From positions 4,514 through 68,513 of the forward strand of contig DASZRC010000027.1 in assembly GCA_035549315.1 (NCBI GenBank): a stretch of DNA of 64,000 bases, written 5' to 3'. Below, piece by piece: positions 58,265-64,000 of this stretch (positions are counted from its first letter, which is position 1; each line of letters begins with the position of its first letter). The translations under genes were made by a program, and so were the position numbers. This stretch comes from Patescibacteria group bacterium. GTDB taxonomy: Bacteria; Patescibacteriota; Microgenomatia; Levybacterales; GWA1-39-11. The notes under the pieces were generated by a model. It saw nothing but the letters and a program-made list of their open reading frames with translations. It made no database searches and had not been told where the DNA came from.

Positions 58265-60112
58265 ATGGATACGAACGTTTTGCTGTCCAAAATTGTTGCT
58301 ACCCCAAAAGAATCTGGCTGGTCACAGGCTTATTCCACTTTGAACCTCTATATTGTTCTAAGTATTAAGTCCGACCAATCTGATCAACCAACAACCAGTG
58401 GTGAAACAGGAAAAATAGTTGCTGAAGGAAAAGAACTATTTGAAAGGATTCAAAGAGAATACTTCTCACTAGATGAGAAAAATCTTAAAAAGATTAAAGA
58501 GAGTGTAGATGCTGCCCTTGATGGAATTGAGGATAAAAGTAGAATTTCTGTCTTACTTGCAACCCTAACAGATAACATTCTCTACATTGTTATTGCTACC
58601 GGTGGAAGTGTGATTCTAAAAAGAGAAGATAAACTTGGTGTTATTGCCAAAGGAACACCTGGGATAACAGAAGCTTTTTCCGGAGAATTAAAAAATAATG
58701 ACATTGTATTAATTGAAACAGAAGATTTTGCAAACAAATTACCAATAGCAAAGCTTACAGAAGTTCTTGACCACCTTGAAGTTTCTGAGATATCAGAAAG
58801 TCTTGCTCCTTTAATTCATGAAGATTCTTTGGGAAGTGAAGCGGCAATTGTACTGCAATATAAAAATCTTTCGGAAAAAGAAGAGATGGCCGCAGGCCCA
58901 GGAGAAGTTATTGATACTGACGAATCAGGAGAAACTGAACAACCACACACAAGTGGGGAATCTGTATTTGATGAACCCGTTGAAGAAGAAATAAAACATG
59001 AAAAAGCAGAAAGCCATATGCCTTCTATTAAGGCTCCAAAAATAAACGCACCAAGCTTTAAGGCAGGAGGCAAAAAGAAATTAATAATCGCTGCAATTAT
59101 TATTCTTGTTGTAATACTTCTTGGAAGTATTGTTTTTGAAAGGTCAAGAATGGATGCTAAAAAGAGGGCTTCTGTCCTAAATGAAATCTTAGGACCTGCA
59201 CAGAAAAAGTATGATGAGGCCAGTGATTTAATATCCCTTAACAAGGGTCTTGCGCTAGATGACTTTAATGAACTAAAAGCAGACCTTGACCGTGATCAAG
59301 CAAAATTAAAGACGGGAACCCCTGAACGCCAAAAACTTGATGAGTTTATAGGAAAGGTAGAATCAAAGATTGGAGAGCTCGGAACAGGAAATACGGTAAC
59401 AGGAGACAAAGTTATTTTTGATAATGTATCTCTTGTTTACTTTAACGGTTCAAAGATTGTTGCGACAGATAAAGATGGAAAAGGATATGTACTAGATACA
59501 GACGGCACTAAACAAGAAGATCTTTCAACAGATAATAAAAATACTGTTGCCATAACAGCTAGCGATACAGACGTTTTCATAATGGGAGATGATGGAATTA
59601 CAAGAAGTCCAATTGCAGGAGGAACTTCTAAAACCGCTGTTAAAGATGCTGCTGACACAATTTCTATGGGAACTTTTGGAACCAATCTCTACGGACTTAA
59701 TTCCAAAGATAAAACAGTTTACAAATATGCTGGCGGAACAACAAAGGGTGATTACTTTACGGGGGACGTAACACTTAATAATCCAACAAGTATGGCAATT
59801 GACAGCTCAATCTGGATAATGGACGATGGAAAGATAAAAAGGTTTACCAGAGGCAAAGAAGATAGCTTTATTGTAAATGGACTAACAGGAGACATTTCAC
59901 CCGATTCACAAATATTTACCGGGGTTGATTATGCAAACGTTTACGTCTTGGATAAAAAGGCCGCCAAGATAATATCGATCAACAAAAGTGGTGAAGTCCA
60001 AAACCAATATATGTGGACCAAACTATCTGGTGCAACATCATTTGCAGTCAATGAAGACGGCAAAAAAATCTACATCACAATAGACAACAAACTTTACTCC
60101 ATAGACCTCTAA
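58265..60112 (+). CDS. Degenerate PP2C-like domain, TM, and beta-propeller (NHL-like) domain
   Basis: 'LYIVIATGGSVILKRED..SGELKNNDIVLI' N-terminus, central TM, beta-repeat C-terminus. Confidence 0.65.
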   Translation: MDTNVLLSKIVATPKESGWSQAYSTLNLYIVLSIKSDQSDQPTTSGETGKIVAEGKELFERIQREYFSLDEKNLKKIKESVDAALDGIEDKSRISVLLATLTDNILYIVIATGGSVILKREDKLGVIAKGTPGITEAFSGELKNNDIVLIETEDFANKLPIAKLTEVLDHLEVSEISESLAPLIHEDSLGSEAAIVLQYKNLSEKEEMAAGPGEVIDTDESGETEQPHTSGESVFDEPVEEEIKHEKAESHMPSIKAPKINAPSFKAGGKKKLIIAAIIILVVILLGSIVFERSRMDAKKRASVLNEILGPAQKKYDEASDLISLNKGLALDDFNELKADLDRDQAKLKTGTPERQKLDEFIGKVESKIGELGTGNTVTGDKVIFDNVSLVYFNGSKIVATDKDGKGYVLDTDGTKQEDLSTDNKNTVAITASDTDVFIMGDDGITRSPIAGGTSKTAVKDAADTISMGTFGTNLYGLNSKDKTVYKYAGGTTKGDYFTGDVTLNNPTSMAIDSSIWIMDDGKIKRFTRGKEDSFIVNGLTGDISPDSQIFTGVDYANVYVLDKKAAKIISINKSGEVQNQYMWTKLSGATSFAVNEDGKKIYITIDNKLYSIDL

Positions 60113-60158
60113 TTAGCTTATGGCTGATAGCAATTCGTTTTTCGTAATTCGCCGTTCG

Positions 60159-60174
60159 TCCGCCAGCTGGCGGA
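60159..60174. repeat. Palindromic mini-element P2, copy 2, within heptamer repeats
   Basis: TCCGCCAGCTGGCGGA, preceded by AATTCGT TTTTCGT AATTCGC CGTTCG. Confidence 0.85.
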
Positions 60175-60244
60175 TTCGTTATATCATTCATCATTAATCT
60201 ACAATCAATAATCATTAATTTATTATTGTTGGTATAATAGGTTC

Positions 60245-60685
60245 ATGCGAGTTGTTAATAAATTTGCCAATACGTATAAGCCTCTTGATAAAATTGAGGC
60301 AGGCATTGCTTTGCTTGGAAGTGAGGTAAAGGCTTTACGTGAAGGACATGCTGACATAACCGGCAGCTATATTAGAATAAGTGGTCTTGAGGCATATCTA
60401 GTTAATGGAAAGATTTTTCCATATAAGTTTTCTAGAATTGGCGGATACCAAGAAGATAGAAGCAGAAAACTATTGCTCCATAAAAAGGAAATATTGGCTT
60501 TGAAAAGCAAAATGGATCAAGGGAAATATACAATTATTCCGCTGGCAATTTATTTAAAAGACAGAAATTTTAAAGTTGAAATAGCTCTTGTTGAAAGCAA
60601 AGATAAAAGAGAAAAAAGGCGGGACAAAAGACGTGACACTATGGAACGCGACGAAGCGCGGGAAATAAAAAACCTAGTTTCCTAA
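60245..60685 (+). CDS. smpB: SsrA-binding protein
   Basis: EAGIALLGSEVKALR, RSRKLLLHKKEI; adjacent to tmRNA. Confidence 0.95.
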   Translation: MRVVNKFANTYKPLDKIEAGIALLGSEVKALREGHADITGSYIRISGLEAYLVNGKIFPYKFSRIGGYQEDRSRKLLLHKKEILALKSKMDQGKYTIIPLAIYLKDRNFKVEIALVESKDKREKRRDKRRDTMERDEAREIKNLVS

Positions 60686-60743
60686 TTTTCTCTCCGCATC
60701 CCAGAACTACCTAAAATGTCTCCTATTTAGCCTCAGATTGGGC

Positions 60744-60772
60744 TTGAAAATAGACCTATAATTTGGTATAAT
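60744..60772 (+). promoter_or_regulatory. Sigma70 promoter of tmRNA
   Basis: TTGAAA-N17-TATAAT with an extended TG, 9 nt before the tmRNA 5' end. Confidence 0.75.
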
Positions 60773-60781
60773 AATGGCCTT

Positions 60782-61193
60782 GGGGATGCATTGCATCGAC
60801 AAGGTTGCTCATTAAAAACTGCAAGCCGATAATGATACTAATCGCAAAATTGTATCAAAAATAAATGCTGACGGAGTTATATCCAAAGGCCGTGGGTTAA
60901 TGCCAAAATTGGCAGATGCCTTCTCACCAAAAGCTTATGCTTTTAGTGGGTTAGCTGCTTAAAAAACAGCCACTATTTACACCGTTTCTTTTCTCAAGCG
61001 GATAGGTGTAGGTAAAAACAAAGTTTGAGATAGGATAAGGAAGTTGATTTGGTCCTTACTCCAAAACTAAGAATCTTGGAATTGTTTTCCCCGCCAATTG
61101 GGTCAGAACAAGACGACAATTAAGATTTGGCTAAGCTTGTAGATGTTTTTAGAGAGTCAATTTTGGACGAGGGTTCATTACCCTCCATCTCCA
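60782..61193 (+). ncRNA. ssrA: tmRNA
   Basis: GGGGATG/CATCTCC-A acceptor stem with G3.U; TCGAC; T-arm GAGGG-TTCATTA-CCCTC; tag ORF 60867-60962 ending in LAA*. Confidence 0.93.
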
Positions 61194-61219
61194 CAAAAGT
61201 TAGTAGTAGAGCATACCCA

Positions 61220-61942
61220 TTAAATCTCCCTTGCGAAGGTGACGCCGAGAACGCGTTTAACGCCATTTTTCTTAAGAACGCTTGATGCTGCCTTAAGTGT
61301 TGCAAAACTTGTGGCAATATCATCAATCAAAATCACAGATTCTGGGATTCGTTTGGCGACGGATAAATTTTTAGACTTTTTATAGATATTTGTAATTTCA
61401 AATGCATTTTTAAGATTTTCAAATCTTTCAATTTTATTTAATTTATATTGTGGTTTTGTATCTTTGATACGTTGTAATAAGTCCGTATTTAATTTAAGGC
61501 CAAAATATTGTGCGACATAATAACCAATCAACTCAGCATGGTTATATCCACGGGTTCTCAGTCTTTTTTCACTTAATGGAATGGGAATTATAACGGGGTT
61601 ATACTCTTCTAAAAATTTGTAGAATGACTCATTCTGTATCAACCCCTCTATTAGGACTTTAGAAATTATCACCGCAAGTGCCTTAATATATGGAGGATAT
61701 TTCAGACGAAAAATTAGCTTTTTTACAATATTGTTATAGTTTGTAATAGAGACAACTCCGTCTATCCCACCCCTTTTTAGACACCCATTATGCGTCATTC
61801 CATTGATGGAGGGCCTAAGGCAAACTGGACAAGAATAGTTATCAGAATATTCTATTTTTACAATGCAGTTATGGCAAACGTATTCGCCGAATCTACGACA
61901 ATTTACGCATTTTTTGGGAAAAATAATGTCAAGAAGTTTCAT
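61220..61942 (-). CDS. comF: ComF family protein (Zn finger plus PRTase)
   Basis: FPKKCVNC, PIPLS..R...RGYNHA, ILIDDIATSFATL. Confidence 0.9.
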   Translation of the reverse strand: MKLLDIIFPKKCVNCRRFGEYVCHNCIVKIEYSDNYSCPVCLRPSINGMTHNGCLKRGGIDGVVSITNYNNIVKKLIFRLKYPPYIKALAVIISKVLIEGLIQNESFYKFLEEYNPVIIPIPLSEKRLRTRGYNHAELIGYYVAQYFGLKLNTDLLQRIKDTKPQYKLNKIERFENLKNAFEITNIYKKSKNLSVAKRIPESVILIDDIATSFATLKAASSVLKKNGVKRVLGVTFAREI

Positions 61943-61950
61943 GATCAAAA

Positions 61951-62022
61951 AATGATTAATGATTTACGAATAACGAATAATGAATGCATCTTTAATCTTT
62001 AATCTTTAATCTTTAATCTTTA
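61951..62022. repeat. Heptamer tandem repeats (AATGATT/AACGAAT-type x5, then ATCTTTA x5)
   Basis: Period-7 runs in the comF/sod divergent spacer. Confidence 0.85.
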
Positions 62023-62090
62023 ATACTGTTATCATATATCTATTAACTCTTTCTTACAAAATTATAATGGTGTAGAATTAGGATAATAAT

Positions 62091-62696
62091 ATGTTTAAAC
62101 TTCCGGAACTTCCTTACGACTACGACGCCTTGGCTCCATATATAAGCACTGACATACAACATTTGCATCATGACAAACACCACCAAGCATATGTAGATAA
62201 TCTTAATAAAGCGCTAGCAGATTATCCTGATTGGCAAGAGAAATCTATTGAGGAAATAATAACAAGTCTTGACCAAGTTCCGGATGCTATAAAAACGGTT
62301 GTTAGAAATAATGGTGGCGGTCACTATAACCACTCTATGTTCTGGGAAATGATGGCCCCAAAGAAGGACCAAAAACCATCCGGCACCCTACTTGATAAAA
62401 TCCAGCATGACTTTGGAGAATTTGAAACATTCAAAACCCAATTTACGGAAGGCGCTACAAAGGTATTTGGAAGCGGTTGGATGTGGCTTGTAAAAGACGG
62501 GGACAAACTTGCTCTTATGAGTACCCCCAACCAAGACAGCCCATTAACATCCGGTAAAATTCCACTCCTGGGACTGGACGTTTGGGAACATGCTTATTAT
62601 TTGCAGTATTACAACAAAAGGGCCGATTACATAGAAGCTTGGTGGAACATTGTAAATTGGGAAGACACTGCAAAACGCCTCGATACAACTCTATAA
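62091..62696 (+). CDS. sodA: Fe/Mn superoxide dismutase
   Basis: HHDKHHQAY, NNGGGHYNH and DVWEHAYY; GGG and PNQD patterns favour the Mn type. Confidence 0.93.
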   Translation: MFKLPELPYDYDALAPYISTDIQHLHHDKHHQAYVDNLNKALADYPDWQEKSIEEIITSLDQVPDAIKTVVRNNGGGHYNHSMFWEMMAPKKDQKPSGTLLDKIQHDFGEFETFKTQFTEGATKVFGSGWMWLVKDGDKLALMSTPNQDSPLTSGKIPLLGLDVWEHAYYLQYYNKRADYIEAWWNIVNWEDTAKRLDTTL

Positions 62697-62754
62697 TTAG
62701 TTCTTAGATCTTGGTTCTTAGATATTTAGGTTACCTCCTTGGTATAATCCACTT

Positions 62755-63312
62755 ATGCTTTATATTATTGGTGGTGCTGCAAGATCCGGGAAAAGTATAA
62801 TATCAAGAAAATTTACACAGGATTTTGGAATACCATCTTTTTCCATAGACTTCCTAATAACAGTGCTTGAAAACGCACCGGAACACGATATTAGTCACGG
62901 ACAACAAGCGATTCCAAAAGCTGAAAAGTTATGGAAGTTTTTAAAACCATTATGCCTCAACTTAATATATGAAGTTGATAAATATTTATTAGAAGGAGAC
63001 GGACTTTTACCAAAACACGTAGCAGAACTTCAAAAAGAATTTCCGGATAAGGTTCGCGCCTGCTTCTTTGGAGCAACAGAAGCAGAACCAAATACAAAGC
63101 TTGAAATAATAAGAAAATGGGAGAACTTGCCGGATGCTGCCTGGACAAAAAGATATGATGATGATGAACTTTTAAGAGTTATTGAGCGAATCAAAGAGTT
63201 TAGTATTTACCTCAAAGAAGAATGCAAAAAATACTCTATTCCCTACTTTGAAATGCATGACAATATAGACTCTACTTACGAAGAACTAAAAGATCTATTT
63301 ATTGATAACTAA
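62755..63312 (+). CDS. P-loop kinase-like protein
   Basis: IIGGAARSGKS Walker A and LLEG. Confidence 0.75.
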   Translation: MLYIIGGAARSGKSIISRKFTQDFGIPSFSIDFLITVLENAPEHDISHGQQAIPKAEKLWKFLKPLCLNLIYEVDKYLLEGDGLLPKHVAELQKEFPDKVRACFFGATEAEPNTKLEIIRKWENLPDAAWTKRYDDDELLRVIERIKEFSIYLKEECKKYSIPYFEMHDNIDSTYEELKDLFIDN

Positions 63313-63650
63313 TCTGTCTTTTTGTGCTGCTCTGGAGTCCAAGCAGGCGTACAAGAAATAAAAAGTGTTGCCTCCCCTTCCCAATAATACTTTTCCAAAG
63401 GATCAATTAAAATCTGGTCGCCATCAGTAAATTTTGTTTCCTTCCCGTCTACTACAACCCTTCCCTTACCTCTTATAACAAAAGATAATTCTTTGCACTC
63501 TTCGTTATAAACCCGTCCCTCAGTAGGATACCTGCCATTTAATTCAATTACAGCTCCATTTATGGAATTATCCATGTGGTCATACTCATAAGAGGTCATT
63601 ACCTCGCTTACTTTTATAACTTTGGAATCGCGTTTATGAGATATGGTCAT
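63309..63650 (-). CDS. Cupin-domain protein
   Basis: GRYP…ELSFVIRGKG…GDQILI; CTPAW.PEQH. Confidence 0.8.
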   Translation of the reverse strand: MTISHKRDSKVIKVSEVMTSYEYDHMDNSINGAVIELNGRYPTEGRVYNEECKELSFVIRGKGRVVVDGKETKFTDGDQILIDPLEKYYWEGEATLFISCTPAWTPEQHKKTD

Positions 63651-63714
63651 ACATTATTTTATCAAAAAAATCATTTGGTATCCGAGCCTAAACTATAAGA
63701 CTATGGTTTTGGTT

Positions 63715-63814
63715 TTCCCCACAGGTTATCCACATTTTCTTGTTTTTACTACAGGACATTCTTAGTTATTTGTGCCTAGATTTTGGTTTTTGGGGAAGAA
63801 AATGCCGTGGATAA
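63715..63814. promoter_or_regulatory. DnaA-box cluster
   Basis: TTATCCACA at 63726-63734, inverted CGTGGATAA at 63806-63814 and degenerate TTCCCCACA at 63715. Confidence 0.5.
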
Positions 63815-63833
63815 CTCTAACGGGGGAAATTCT

Positions 63834-64000
63834 CTAAAAAAGTATACTTACCACCAACCACACATTTAGTGACGCGATGATTAAAGCTATTGCGCCGGCA
63901 ATTACCCTAAGGACGATTGGGTTAACAAACTCCCCCATTATACTGGTCTTGCTGGTAAAGAATAGGAGTGGAAAAACTGCGAAAGAAAGCTGAATAGACA
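63834..64000 (-). CDS. mntH: Nramp-family Mn2+ transporter, C-terminal part
   Basis: Manual translation SIQLSFAVFPLLFFTSKTSIMGEFVNP…LNVWLV*; partial at the window edge. Confidence 0.85.
   Translation of the reverse strand, partial: SIQLSFAVFPLLFFTSKTSIMGEFVNPIVLRVIAGAIALIIASLNVWLVVSILF

Noticed and set aside
1-64000. UGA recoding (genetic code 25 or 4)
   Set aside because: Conserved genes are full length under code 11, TGA ends genes such as pcrA, and Trp is encoded by TGG.

Overview
AT-rich bacterial chromosome segment using the standard genetic code. Gene content and style point to a Patescibacteria/CPR organism, probably Microgenomates (inference). Housekeeping genes: purM, murJ, rpsT, pilN/pilO-like, LCP, tpiA, pcrA/uvrD, femAB-like, smpB with tmRNA, comF, sod and a partial mntH. 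Other content: a cluster of GT-C membrane glycosyltransferases, a type II restriction-modification system with a controller protein, an array of orphan and paralogous genes (32.9-39.9 kb), a three-gene cellulose-synthase-like operon (GT2+GT-C-like, GH26, GT2+GH8), and three tRNAs (Ser-UGA, Ser-GCU and a rare Ile-UAU). The most unusual signals are small DNA elements. A 22-bp GC-rich palindrome lies in frame in two unrelated genes (peptide DLPAGRQ), and a third copy has a compensatory base-pair change. A second 16-bp palindrome sits inside degenerate 7-bp tandem repeats, and these heptamer runs also enter femAB in frame. A 33-bp recombinase-site-like direct repeat brackets orphan genes. Also seen: a ~165-nt structured intergenic element, many apparently leaderless promoters, and an apparent excess of CCGG. 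No CRISPR array, rRNA, transposase or integrase was seen. All family assignments come from recognising motifs by eye, not from database searches.
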